From a bacterium (lineage in GTDB: Bacteria; UBA8248): a DNA stretch of 64,000 bases. The notes beneath the pieces were generated by a model. The model saw only the letters and a list, made by a program, of their open reading frames with translations. It made no database searches and was not told the DNA's origin. Location: NCBI GenBank assembly GCA_963692865.2, contig OY843592.1, positions 992,001 through 1,056,000 on the forward strand, given 5' to 3'. This document shows, one piece after another, positions 29,211 to 39,075 of this stretch (position 1 is the stretch's first letter; every line of letters starts with the position of its first letter). Both the position numbers and the translations under genes were made by a program.

Positions 29211-30218
29211 TCAGGCCGGCTCGTGCGCGGGCCGGCTTGGCGGCTGCCCGCGAAGAATCGCCATGGCGTCGAGGTAGTACGCCAGAAACTGCGTCATCAT
29301 GGACACGGCGTATACGGCGAGGAAACCCGCCATCAGATACTTGACGTAGAGGCCGTACCCGCTCTGGGACGTCTCGAAGTAAAGCAGCGGGCTGTTGATG
29401 ACGGACGCCTTGCCCGCCATGCCGACGGCGAGGATGGTCCAGCACAGCGGCACGCCCAGCAACATGGACCCCCACGCGTTGACCAGGGCCTTGCGCCGCT
29501 CGGTGAAATGCGTGTAGAGCACGTCCACGCGCACGTGGCCTCCGGCGACAAGGGTATGGGCGCTGGCAAAGAGGAACAGCGCCGCGTACCAGAAACGCAC
29601 CAGATCGCCCATGAAAGCCTGCTCGTAGGAGAAGATGAAGCGCGCGATGACGATCTGGAACTCGGCGACGACGACGAGCAGCGCGAGCCAGATGAAGTCG
29701 AGCCCCCGCCTGAAGCATGCCACCACGGCCGCCGCGAGCATGAGCGGCAAATGCACGTAGACGCCGCGAAAGCTCGATACGCCCAGTTTCTGGGCCAGCG
29801 TCTTGCCGAACACCGCGGGCAGCAGCCCTTCCACGCGCAGGAACGATATGACCCCGTCGGCGATGCCGACGAAAAACGTCGTCCAGAACGCCGCAGATAT
29901 GATATAGGCGGTGATGGAACTGAGCAGCACTGCGTCGGACGCAAACGGCCTCTCCCGGTTCCTGAGCGCGAAGACGATGACGGCGAGGACCGGAAGGACG
30001 TAGCCTGCGAGCTGCAGCCATGCCAGGAACGCCGCTCCTACGCCTGAGGACGCGCCGCCCAAGATGCGCGCGACGCCCGGCCAGCCATGCCAGAAGACAA
30101 GATAGTTGTTGAAGAGGAAAACGAACATGGTCGCGGCCAGCGACAACGCGAACGCGCGATAAAGCGCGTCCGCGATGCCGGGCCGTCTTTCGTCCTCGTT
30201 TAACCGATCCTCAGTCAC
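29211..30218 (-). CDS. dctQ: TRAP small permease DctQ (extended)
   Basis: Multiple TM helices with GHVRVDVLY motif; lies between the SBP and dctM. Confidence 0.85.
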   Translation of the reverse strand: MTEDRLNEDERRPGIADALYRAFALSLAATMFVFLFNNYLVFWHGWPGVARILGGASSGVGAAFLAWLQLAGYVLPVLAVIVFALRNRERPFASDAVLLSSITAYIISAAFWTTFFVGIADGVISFLRVEGLLPAVFGKTLAQKLGVSSFRGVYVHLPLMLAAAVVACFRRGLDFIWLALLVVVAEFQIVIARFIFSYEQAFMGDLVRFWYAALFLFASAHTLVAGGHVRVDVLYTHFTERRKALVNAWGSMLLGVPLCWTILAVGMAGKASVINSPLLYFETSQSGYGLYVKYLMAGFLAVYAVSMMTQFLAYYLDAMAILRGQPPSRPAHEPA

Positions 30219-30260
30219 CGTGGAAAACCATAGTGGTCCGTCACACTACGCGCCGGGCAT

Positions 30261-31376
30261 CTAGCTCGTGACGCCAAGCACGCGGTTGCGCTGCGCTATG
30301 AATGCCTGGTCGGCGAGGCTCATCCAGCCGCCGACCTCGAGACGCGCCTTGGCGAAACTGTCATGGATGCGCTTGGCGAGCGGGCTGTGCGTCACCACAC
30401 CCGCGAAGACTTCATCGGACGCTTTTCCGAACGCGTCGTAGATGTCGTCGTTGAACTTGCGCACCTGGACGCCCTGATCGCGCGTGAGCCGGGCGAGCGC
30501 AGCGCCGTTCTTGGCGTTGTACTCGGCCATCATCACGTCGTTCTCCATGGAGGCCGCGGCCTCGATGAGCGTCTGATCGGCCTTGGAGAGCGAATCCCAG
30601 AACTTCTTGTTGAAGCCCGCAGAGAGCATCGAGCCGGGCTCGTGCATGCCCGGATAGTAGTAGTACTTGGCGGCTTCATAGAACTTCATGAACTCGTCGT
30701 TCCACGGCCCCACCCATTCGGTGGCGTCGATGGCGCCCGAGACGAGGTTCTCGTAAATCTGCCCGCCCGGCAGGGAGACCGGCGAGGCGCCGAGCTTCGC
30801 CATGACGTCGCCGCCTAAGCCCGGGATACGCATCTTGAGGCCCTTCAAGTCGTCGGCGCTGTTGATCTCCTTGCGGAACCAGCCGCCCATCTGCACGCCC
30901 GTGTTGCCGCACATGAGGCCCTTGAGCCCGAACCCTGCGGCCAGTTCGTCCCAGAGTTGCTGTCCGCCGCCGAAGCGGATCCAGGCGTTCAACTCGGTGT
31001 AGGTGAGGCCGAACGGCACGGCGGTGAAGTAGGCCCACCCCGGATGCTTGCCTTTCCAGTAGTAGTCGGCCGCATGGTAGGCCTGCGCGTTGCCCGACGC
31101 GACCTCGTCGAACGAGTCGAAGGCGCCGACGCGCTCGCCGGCGGCGAAGTAGGTCACCTTGATGCGGCCGTCGCTCATGTCCTGGAGACGTTTGGCGAAG
31201 CGCTGCGCCCCGGTGCCGAGACCCGGGAAATCGCGCGGCCAGGTGGTGACGATGGCGATCTCGATGCGCTTCTTCATCATGGCGGGCGCCTTCTGGGCCT
31301 GGGCCAGCCCGCTGCCTGCCACGACCGCCGCGGCGGTACCGGCCGCTGTGCCTGCAATAAAGTCACGACGTTTCAT
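30261..31376 (-). CDS. dctP: TRAP solute-binding protein (DctP; TakP-like keto-acid/monocarboxylate subfamily) with Tat signal
   Basis: MKRRDFI Tat motif; GNTGVQMGGWFRKEI, KMRIPGLGG, IDATEWVGP, YYYPGMHEP. Confidence 0.92.
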   Translation of the reverse strand: MKRRDFIAGTAAGTAAAVVAGSGLAQAQKAPAMMKKRIEIAIVTTWPRDFPGLGTGAQRFAKRLQDMSDGRIKVTYFAAGERVGAFDSFDEVASGNAQAYHAADYYWKGKHPGWAYFTAVPFGLTYTELNAWIRFGGGQQLWDELAAGFGLKGLMCGNTGVQMGGWFRKEINSADDLKGLKMRIPGLGGDVMAKLGASPVSLPGGQIYENLVSGAIDATEWVGPWNDEFMKFYEAAKYYYYPGMHEPGSMLSAGFNKKFWDSLSKADQTLIEAAASMENDVMMAEYNAKNGAALARLTRDQGVQVRKFNDDIYDAFGKASDEVFAGVVTHSPLAKRIHDSFAKARLEVGGWMSLADQAFIAQRNRVLGVTS

Positions 31377-31651
31377 ACGATTCTCCTTTTTTATGAGAGT
31401 TGTTTATAACCCACATGATGAGCGACCGGCTCGCCGGCCGGAAACCGGCGGCCGACCACCCTGTCAGACTCATCGGCAATGCGTTGTGATGCAATGAAAT
31501 ATACTATGACAAGCCGTATTCCGGCGCAACCACCCTGCGGCCGCCGAGGCGCGCGTCTCGCCTTGAGTAGCCGCCGGAAGTCAAACGCGACTGAGGAGGG
31601 AGCGTTCGTATCGAAGGGCGAGGGGCGCCGACTGGCAAGGGCCGCGTCTTT

Positions 31652-32117
31652 GGGGCTGTTGAAAAACTTTCCTGACGGGTTAAAGGCAACCCCCCTTGTC
31701 GGGATTGTTGAAAAAGGCCATGTATCCCCTCGGTCGGCGACGTGATGATCCCGTAGGGACAGGCCCCCGTGCCTGTCCTGCTACGCAAAACGCGATGGCA
31801 TTGTAGGGGCCGCATATCATGCGGCCCTGATTTTCTCCACAAGGCGGGCCGCATGATATGCGGCCCCTAGAAACAAATTGTCTCTCTCCGGCTTTTTGAA
31901 CAGCCCCTTGACAGGGGTCAATTTCGAGCGATGAGCGAGAAATTGCGGACCGATGTGTTTCTCATCAATGGCTTATGCAAACGCTCGTTCCTCACTCGCG
32001 TTTGACCCCTGACAAGGGGGGGTAGGGGGGGGTTGGTTCCGACGAGGGGGGTTGGGGGTCGAACGCGCCCGGAGAGGGAGCGTTCGCTGCCCCGACGAAG
32101 GCGCTTTCAACAACCCC
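31652..32117. mobile_element. Outer MITE-like element containing nested repeats
   Basis: GGGGCTGTTGAAAAA ... GCTTTCAACAACCCC; contains a host repeat also found at ~38535-38905 and the nested element 31701-31907. Confidence 0.6.
31701..31907. mobile_element. Nested MITE-like element with GTAG-REP cargo
   Basis: GGGATTGTTGAAAAA ... TTTTTGAACAGCCCC; flanks TTGTC/TTGAC; uninterrupted allele at 38557-38561; right arm is an inverted homolog of 47568-47633. Confidence 0.8.
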
Positions 32118-32319
32118 GATACGGGCGGAACTGTCGCGCTGGAAGCGGGAACGGGTCGCGCCCCGACCCTGCGGGCGAAGGTTGATGCGGCGGAGAGGTC
32201 GATTCCCGATGAGAGAGGGATGACGGACCGGGCGGTTCGGCGGTTCGGCAAAAACTTGAACAAAGGCCCGAACGCGGTTAATCTGTTTTCGCTTCACATA
32301 TCGCATACGTTCGATACCC

Positions 32320-33807
32320 ATGGAGACGCGCATGGACACGGGGGCGGAGCCGCTCGCTCGGGCGCAGGATGAGGGGCCTTTCGCGGGATACGATATCGAT
32401 TCCCGCTTCTACGACGAGATGTTCGACTCCGGCGGCGAGGCGCGCGCGGCGAGCGGGCGGCTCAGGGCCGCGCTCGCCGAACTCGATCCTGATGACCTGG
32501 AAAAACTCCAGGAGGGCGTCTACCGCCGCTTTCTGTATGAGGGCATCACCTTCACGGTGCTCGACGCCGAGGAGGCCACCGAGCGGATCATCCCCATCGA
32601 CTGCGTGCCGCGCCTGCTGACGGCGGCGGAGTGGGACCACGTCGAACGCGGCCTCAAGCAGCGCCTCATGGCGCTCAACCTCTTCCTGAAGGACGTCTAC
32701 GGCGAGGGCCGCTGCCTGCGCGAGGGGGTGGTGCCGGTGGACCTCGTGCTCGGCTGTCCGCAATACCGCATGGAGATGCGGGGTCTCAAAGTCCCCCACG
32801 ACGTCTACGTCGCCGTGTGCGGGACGGACATCGTCCGCACCCACGAGGGGTTCGCCGTGCTCGAGGACAACCTGCGCGTCCCCTCGGGCGTTTCCTACAT
32901 GCTCGCCTGCCGGAACGCCATCAAGGACGTGCTGCCCAGGCTCTACCGCGAGCACCGCGTCCGCGAGGTGGCCGACTACGCCGAGCATCTCTATTCCACC
33001 CTCGCCTCCCTGGGCCACTCGCCGAGGGAGCCGAACGTGGCGGTGCTCACGCCCGGCATCTTCAATTCCGCCTACTACGAACACGCCTTTCTCGCGGGCG
33101 AGATGGGCGTCGACCTCGTCGAGGGGCAGGATCTGCTCGTGCGCGACGCCGCCCTTTACGCGCGCACGACGGCGGGGCTTCGCCGCATCGACGTGCTCTA
33201 CCGCCGCGTGGACGATGATTTTCTCGATCCGGTGACGTTCCGGGGCGATTCGTTCCTGGGCGCGGCGGGGCTCTTCCACGCCTACCGCGCGGGGAACCTC
33301 GTGCTCGCCAACGCGCCGGGGACCGGCGTGGCGGACGACAAGAGCATCTACGCCTACGTTCCCGGGATCATCCGCTATTTCCTGGACGAGGAGCCGATAC
33401 TCGCCAACGTCGAGACGCACCTTTGCCGCGAGCCCGAGGGGCTGGCCTACACGCTGGAGCATCTCGACGAACTGGTGGTGAAGGAGGTGGGCGGTTCGGG
33501 CGGCTACGGGATGCTGGTCGGCCCCCACGCCGCCGTGGCCGAGCGTGCGGCCTACGCCGAGCGGCTGCGCGCGGACCCGTCGAACTTCATCGCCCAGCCC
33601 ACGCTCGCGCTCTCGCGCTCGCCGTGCTTCGTCGAGGGGGGCATCGAGCCGCGCCACGTGGACCTGCGCCCCTTCGTGCTCCAGGGGCGCGATGAGCAGC
33701 ACGTGGTTCCGGGCGGGTTGTGCCGCGTCGCGCTCCGGCGCGGCAGCCTCGTCGTGAACTCGAGCCAGGGCGGGGGGTGCAAGGACACCTGGGTGCTGGA
33801 GGGGTAG
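32320..33807 (+). CDS. Circularly permuted type 2 ATP-grasp protein
   Basis: YDEM, VLEDNLRVPSGVSYML, LTPG.FNSAYYEH, YRRVDDDFLDP, RHVDLRPF, VVNSSQGGG.KDTWVL. Confidence 0.95.
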   Translation: METRMDTGAEPLARAQDEGPFAGYDIDSRFYDEMFDSGGEARAASGRLRAALAELDPDDLEKLQEGVYRRFLYEGITFTVLDAEEATERIIPIDCVPRLLTAAEWDHVERGLKQRLMALNLFLKDVYGEGRCLREGVVPVDLVLGCPQYRMEMRGLKVPHDVYVAVCGTDIVRTHEGFAVLEDNLRVPSGVSYMLACRNAIKDVLPRLYREHRVREVADYAEHLYSTLASLGHSPREPNVAVLTPGIFNSAYYEHAFLAGEMGVDLVEGQDLLVRDAALYARTTAGLRRIDVLYRRVDDDFLDPVTFRGDSFLGAAGLFHAYRAGNLVLANAPGTGVADDKSIYAYVPGIIRYFLDEEPILANVETHLCREPEGLAYTLEHLDELVVKEVGGSGGYGMLVGPHAAVAERAAYAERLRADPSNFIAQPTLALSRSPCFVEGGIEPRHVDLRPFVLQGRDEQHVVPGGLCRVALRRGSLVVNSSQGGGCKDTWVLEG

Positions 33808-33836
33808 TCATGCCCGACCGTGTCTACGGAATGATT

Positions 33837-34503
33837 GGGGCTGTTGCGAAGAAGGTTCTTATAAAACGAGATAGGGGCAGCGGGCTTGGCGGAACCCCTG
33901 AATCCTCATCCTGCGTAGGCGCGCAAGCGCCGTATCGAAGGTTTGACCCGACCGGGGAGGGAGGGTTAAAAGGCGCATCTCTCCGGCGGGCGCGAACGTC
34001 GCCCTTCGATACGCGGCTTCGCCGCTACTCAGGGTGAGGCGGAGCGGCGGGCGTGATTGGTTGTGTAGGGGCCGCATACATGCGGCCCATGACGAATGGC
34101 GAAAAGGCCGGGTCGCATGTATGCGACCCCTACAAAAACGTGGACGGTGGTGGTTCTGTAGGAGACGTATACGGGTTTATTGAAAAAGCCCCGGGAAGCG
34201 ATTTTGGGTTGCGCGCACGCTTTTGAAGTTCACTCCCCCCTTGAGGGGGAGTCGGTGAGGTGAGGGGGCTTTTCCCCCGAAACCGAACCGGTGGGGGGAG
34301 CTTTTATATTTTGGAGCGTGTCCCCCCACCGAATCGCTTGCGGGCATTCGCCCTTAGCTCTTCGTCGGGCTTTCCCCTCGGGAAGCCCGACCCTCAAGGG
34401 GGGAGTGGTTGGTTGGCGCTCTGCAAGGGTGAGTGGTTTCATAATGCGTATGTCGATTGAGGAATCCATTCCCTGATTTAGGGTAGGCTTTTTCAACAGC
34501 CCC
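33837..34503. mobile_element. Repeat cluster: REP-like doublets plus MITE-like element 34173-34503
   Basis: GGGTTTATTGAAAAA ... TTTTTCAACAGCCCC enclosing CACTCCCCCCTTGAGGGGGAGT...CCCTCAAGGGGGGAGTG; GTAG-REP pair at ~34065-34133 closely similar to ~6122-6192. Confidence 0.72.
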
Positions 34504-34552
34504 TCTTCGGTAGGGATTGAACAACACAGGAACTGATTGCAAGGAGAGAATC

Positions 34553-35527
34553 ATGCTGGCTCGGGTCGCCGCCGATTTCTACTGGCTGGGCCGCTACGCC
34601 GAGCGCGTCGAGCAGACCGCGCGCCTTCTGGAATACCAGCTCACCCGCCTCGTCGATAGGCCCGCGGACGAGCTGGTCGTCGGGTGGGGGGCGATATACC
34701 GGGCGCTGGGCCAGCCCCCGCCCGGCGCGGCGTCGGGCCCCGAAGAGGCCGAGGCCTTCGTCATCCCCGACGCCTACACGCTGGCGGGCAACCTCGTGGA
34801 GGAGGGCGCGAACCCCGACTCCATCCTCTCGTGCTGGCGGCAAGCGCGCGAGAACGCCCAGCGCGTGCGCGCGCAGCTCCCGCTCTCGATATGGACGCGG
34901 CTCAACCAGGGCTATCTCTGGATGCGGGAGGTGGATTTCGCCGCAGAGTGGGCGCAGGCGCCGGCGCGGGTCGCGCGCGAGGTCATCGACCGCATGCGTC
35001 TTTTCGCGGGCGTGGTGCACTCGACGATGCCGCGCGACGACGCCTGGCGCTTTCTCGAACTCGGCCGCTTCATCGAGCGGGCGCAGCACCAGGCCGCGCT
35101 CCTGGGGGCGTGGGTCGAGTTCACGCGCGCGAGACGGGGCGTCGCCGCGCTTTCGTGGGCGGACTTGCTTCACGTGTGCGGCGCGTACGAGATCTACTGC
35201 CGCCGCCATTCGATGAAGGTCCGCCGGGCGGAAGCGCTCGGCTTCCTCGCCCGCGACCCCGAGCTTCCCCGCTCGCTGCGCTTCTCGGCGCAGCGCATCG
35301 AGGAGGCGCTCGCCGGCATCGACCCGCTGGGCGCGCGCTACCCGCTCGCGCCGCCGCACCGCATGGCGCTTCGCCTCACGGCGGCCATCGAGATGGAGGC
35401 GGGGGAGTCCGGCGAGGTGGACTCGGGGGCGTTCTTCCGCGCGATTGGGGGCGACATCCGCGCGCTGCACGACCTGGCGATGGCCGCCTACGTCAACCGC
35501 TCCCCGGCCGAGGAGATTCCGGCGTGA
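34553..35527 (+). CDS. Alpha-E domain-containing protein (DUF403)
   Basis: MLARVAADFYWLGRYAER, ARENA..VR, LGRFIERA, PRSLRF (ER repeats typical of alpha-E); SD AAGGAG. Confidence 0.93.
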   Translation: MLARVAADFYWLGRYAERVEQTARLLEYQLTRLVDRPADELVVGWGAIYRALGQPPPGAASGPEEAEAFVIPDAYTLAGNLVEEGANPDSILSCWRQARENAQRVRAQLPLSIWTRLNQGYLWMREVDFAAEWAQAPARVAREVIDRMRLFAGVVHSTMPRDDAWRFLELGRFIERAQHQAALLGAWVEFTRARRGVAALSWADLLHVCGAYEIYCRRHSMKVRRAEALGFLARDPELPRSLRFSAQRIEEALAGIDPLGARYPLAPPHRMALRLTAAIEMEAGESGEVDSGAFFRAIGGDIRALHDLAMAAYVNRSPAEEIPA

Positions 35528-36387
35528 TCGTGAACTGCACGGTCGAGCACGCCATGCGCTTCGACTACGAGACGCCCGTGCAGGTTTCGGTGATGACGCT
35601 CTACCTGCGTCCGCTCCGCGACCGCGCCCAGACCCTGCGTGAATTCTCGGTGCGCACCGACCCCGAGGGCCGGCTCTTCGAGTTCACCGACCCGTTCGGC
35701 AACGCCGCGCACTTTCTGGATCGCCCCCGCCCGCACCCGCGCTTCGAGGTGCGGGCGCGCTCGCGCGTCGAGGTGGGGCCGCTCGCCGCCGCTCCCGAGA
35801 GGCTCGACCCCGGCGCGGCGGACGCGCTTCGCCGCGCCGTCCGGACGCCCGAGTTCTGGCCGCTGGCGAACCCGAGCCGCTTCGTCCGCCCGAGCCCGGC
35901 GCTCGAGAGGTTCACGGCGGCCCACGGCATCGCGCTCGGGGACGACCCCCTCGTGAGCGCGCGCGCGCTTTGCGCGAAACTCCACGACGTCTTCGAGTAC
36001 ATTCCGGGCCACACCCGGGTGGACTCGCCCATCGAGGACATCCTCGAGACCGGGCGGGGCGTATGCCAGGACTACGCGCACGTGATGGCCTCCATCGTGC
36101 GCGGCTGGGGGGTTCCGTGCCGCTACGTGTCCGGCTATCTGGGCCCCGAAACCGCGGGAGAGGCGGACGGCGAGAGCCACGCCTGGGTGGAGTGCTGGTT
36201 TCCCGGCGTGGGGTGGGTCGGCTTCGACCCGACGAACGACACCGAGGGAGACGAGCGCCACGTGCGCGTGGCGGTGGGCCGCGACTACGCGGACGTTCCC
36301 CCGAGCCGGGGCGTGTTCCGGGGAAACGGCGCCACGAAGCTCGAGACCGAGGTCAAGATAGAGCGGCATCCGGAGGGTCAGGACTGA
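35524..36387 (+). CDS. Transglutaminase-like protein
   Basis: GTG start overlapping the alpha-E stop (GTGA); GVCQDYAH, RYVSGYL, SHAWVE, FDPTN, GRDYADV catalytic-triad motifs. Confidence 0.93.
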   Translation: MIVNCTVEHAMRFDYETPVQVSVMTLYLRPLRDRAQTLREFSVRTDPEGRLFEFTDPFGNAAHFLDRPRPHPRFEVRARSRVEVGPLAAAPERLDPGAADALRRAVRTPEFWPLANPSRFVRPSPALERFTAAHGIALGDDPLVSARALCAKLHDVFEYIPGHTRVDSPIEDILETGRGVCQDYAHVMASIVRGWGVPCRYVSGYLGPETAGEADGESHAWVECWFPGVGWVGFDPTNDTEGDERHVRVAVGRDYADVPPSRGVFRGNGATKLETEVKIERHPEGQD

Positions 36388-36493
36388 GCGGCGGCGGGTC
36401 GAAGGCGGTTTCCTGCCTGCGCGGGTCGCCGCGCCGAGGCGTCGCTCACTGCGGGTTTTCAAGAATCATCCGATATCGACGGGAGAGGACGAA

Positions 36494-37375
36494 ATGCGAG
36501 CATCATCCAGGAAACTGTGCGCCGCCGCGGCCGCGCTGGCGATATGCGCCGTCTTGAGCGCGGCGGGAGCGAGCGCCGCCGAGGAGGCGAAGCCCACCGG
36601 CTGGTACCTGGGCTTGGGGCTGGGGATCAACAAGACTTCGGGCATGGAGCAGGCGGGCTGGAACCGCGACGACATCTGCTACCCCGAAGACGACTGCGGC
36701 CGCTTGCCCGGCGGCGCGCCCGGCGGCTACAGGTGGTACTACGACCTGGAGGCGGACGACGGCGCCGCGTTCGAGATTTCGGTCGGCCGCCGCTTCGGGG
36801 CGTTTCGCCTGGAACTGGCGCTCGCCCAGCGGAAAAACGACGTGATGGAGCAAAAATTCAAAGACCTCACCTATCTGGACGGCTCGCGCAGCGTGCGCCG
36901 CCCGGCGAGCAACTACCAAAACGATCCCGATACCCGTATCGACGATCTGACGACGCGCACCCTCTCGCTGAACGCCTACTACGACTTCCCGCTTTCGGGG
37001 GGCCGCTTCACGCCCTACCTGGGCGCGGGCGTGGGCGTTTCCTTCCTCGAGCTGGCGGGGGTGTATTATCGGTCGCGGTATTCGTGCAAGAACCCCGCGG
37101 CCGACTGCGACAATCCCGGACAGTACGACAGCCACCAGGACGAGGACTTGACCGACGCCGTCTTGTCCGCGCACCTGCACGCCGGCCTCGACTACCGCGT
37201 GAACGAAAAGATGCTGCTGGGCCTCAAGCTCACCTATTCCATGGTGGGCGACATGGAGGACGTCGAGGGCAGGTACGTGAAGCATCCCGTCCCCGGCCTT
37301 TCCAACTTCACCACGATCAGCGGCATGAACCACTTATCCTTGATGCTCGGGGTGAAATACTTCTTCGGGGAGTGA
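36494..37375 (+). CDS. Outer-membrane beta-barrel protein (Opa/Msp4-like small barrel)
   Basis: Signal peptide; GWYLGLGLG, FRLEL, LNAYYDF, FTPYLGAGVG, C-terminal LGVKYFF. Confidence 0.8.
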   Translation: MRASSRKLCAAAAALAICAVLSAAGASAAEEAKPTGWYLGLGLGINKTSGMEQAGWNRDDICYPEDDCGRLPGGAPGGYRWYYDLEADDGAAFEISVGRRFGAFRLELALAQRKNDVMEQKFKDLTYLDGSRSVRRPASNYQNDPDTRIDDLTTRTLSLNAYYDFPLSGGRFTPYLGAGVGVSFLELAGVYYRSRYSCKNPAADCDNPGQYDSHQDEDLTDAVLSAHLHAGLDYRVNEKMLLGLKLTYSMVGDMEDVEGRYVKHPVPGLSNFTTISGMNHLSLMLGVKYFFGE

Positions 37376-37439
37376 GTCTGGGGGGCTTCCGGAGCGCGGT
37401 GATGGGATTAGCGTCGCACACGAACGGAGGGTATGACCT

Positions 37440-38513
37440 GTGACGGGAATCTGGACGAAAAGCGGCGAAGAATGGGAATGGGGGAAGCCTCGCGCGTTCG
37501 AGGACGAGGCCGCTCTGCATGAGCTCATCAGGGAGAACCCGCAATTCCTGCCGCTCAGCGGCTCGCCCCGCCTCGTGGTTCTGGGTTCCGAAACGTGGCT
37601 GGGAAACGGATACGCGGACATCCTCGCGGTCGAATCCTCCGGCCGTCCCGCGATCATCGAGGTGAAGCTGGGGCGCAACCCCGAGGCGCGCAAGGCCATC
37701 GTGTCGCAGATTATCGCGTATGCGGCCTTCCTCCAGGGATTCAGTATCGAGGATCTCGAGCGGGGGCCTCTTCACAGGTTTCTGGCGGATGCGGGGCATG
37801 AATCCATATTTGATGCGGTGAAGGCCGAGGACCAGGAGGGGGCGGTGGATGCGGATTCGTTCACGGCCTCGCTGCAAGACCACCTTGGCTCAGGAAACTT
37901 CAGGCTGGTTCTCGTGTTGGACGACGTTCCGGCCGAACTGGAAAGGGTCGTCGCCTATCTGGACGCGATCACCGTCCAGACGCTGACGATCGACCTGATC
38001 ACGCTCAAGGTCTATGAAGTAGGTGGAGCGCAGGTCGCCCTGCCCCAGCGCGTCTCGCCCGATCCCGGCGCGTATCAACCCTCCGGCGGCTCCGGGTCCG
38101 CCGCGCCCCGGGGAAGGCTCACCGACGGGTCGGACGCATTTCGGGCTTCCACCGCCGACACCACCGGCGAGACCCGCGAGAAGTTCGACGAGTTGATCGC
38201 ATGGGCGGAGAAATTGGCCGCTTTGCCGAACGTGCGCCTCTCCACTTTCACGGGCGTCGAAAGCGAACGCTTCACCCTCCTGCCGCGCATCATGCCGGAC
38301 AACGCCGGCCTCGTGACCGTCTGGAACGACAAGCAGAAGCCCTACATGTCGGTGTGGCGGACGGTGTTCGAGCGGCGCGCGCCCAAGGCGCTCGAATCCG
38401 TGGAGCGAATCATCGAGCCGGACAGAATCGGGCAGGGAACCACGCTCAAGGAAATCACGCCAGGAATCCTCGAAGCGTTGACGCGGGCGTATGAGGAAGC
38501 GAGCGGAGGCTGA
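37440..38513 (+). CDS. PD-(D/E)XK nuclease-domain protein (NucS/DUF91-like)
   Basis: E..L.ELI..NP, ADILAV....PAIIEVKL, Q...YA motifs of restriction-endonuclease-like folds. Confidence 0.7.
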   Translation: MTGIWTKSGEEWEWGKPRAFEDEAALHELIRENPQFLPLSGSPRLVVLGSETWLGNGYADILAVESSGRPAIIEVKLGRNPEARKAIVSQIIAYAAFLQGFSIEDLERGPLHRFLADAGHESIFDAVKAEDQEGAVDADSFTASLQDHLGSGNFRLVLVLDDVPAELERVVAYLDAITVQTLTIDLITLKVYEVGGAQVALPQRVSPDPGAYQPSGGSGSAAPRGRLTDGSDAFRASTADTTGETREKFDELIAWAEKLAALPNVRLSTFTGVESERFTLLPRIMPDNAGLVTVWNDKQKPYMSVWRTVFERRAPKALESVERIIEPDRIGQGTTLKEITPGILEALTRAYEEASGG

Positions 38514-38642
38514 GTACCCCCGCCCCCTTCGTCGGAACCACCCCCCCTACCCCCCCTTGTCAGGGGTCAATTTCGAGCGATGAGCGAGAAATTGCGTACC
38601 GGTGTGTTTCTCATCAATGGCTTATGCAAACGCTCGTTCCTC

Positions 38643-38865
38643 GGGGTTGTTGAAAAAACCCCATGCGGCGCAATCCCCTCCTCGCCCCGCCGCTCCGCCT
38701 CACCCTGAGTAGCGGCGAAGCCGCGTATCGAAGGGCGAAATTCGCGTCCCGCCGGTTGGATGCGTTCCCCCATCCTTCGATACGGCGCTTACGCGCCTAC
38801 TCGGGATGAGGAAAGAGGCGTCGGCGGTTTGCGGGGGTCGAAGACGGGGGTTTTTCAACAGCCCC
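38643..38865. mobile_element. MITE-like element inserted in a host repeat
   Basis: GGGGTTGTTGAAAAAACCCC ... GGGGTTTTTCAACAGCCCC; flanks TCCTC/GCCTC; uninterrupted allele at 31989-31993; cargo CTCACCCTGAGTAG..CGTATCGAAGGG doublet. Confidence 0.85.
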
Positions 38866-39075
38866 GCCTCACTCGCGTTTGACCCCCGACAAGGGGGGTA
38901 GGGGGGTGCCTTAGCGGCCCCGAACAGAACCGCTTGAAACACTCCCCCGTGATCCTCAATCACCAAACACCTGCCCCCGCCCCGCGTTGACATCGCATCC
39001 TCCGGCGTCCAGAATGCGCCCGTGTTTCGCCGGTTGGATCGATTCTCCGATGAGACGATAAGCGGAAGGTGAACC

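Noticed and set aside
29209-30021. Apparent 1154-aa DctM (26557-30021)
   Set aside because: The N-terminal ~270 codons overlap dctQ in another frame; the real start is GTG 29208.
31647-34508. Cross-matching flanks (TCTTT/TCTTC outside, GATAC/TATAC inside) suggesting the ATP-grasp gene is cargo of a composite element or an integrated circle
   Set aside because: Only 4/5 matches among many pairings tested. 34173-34503 is explained as a single element, and the ATP-grasp gene sits in its native position before alpha-E.
34684-35523. Long N-terminal extensions on the transglutaminase and on MqnA (39306-40223) in the ORF track
   Set aside because: Off-frame overlaps with alpha-E and mqnE; true starts are 35524 and 40224.
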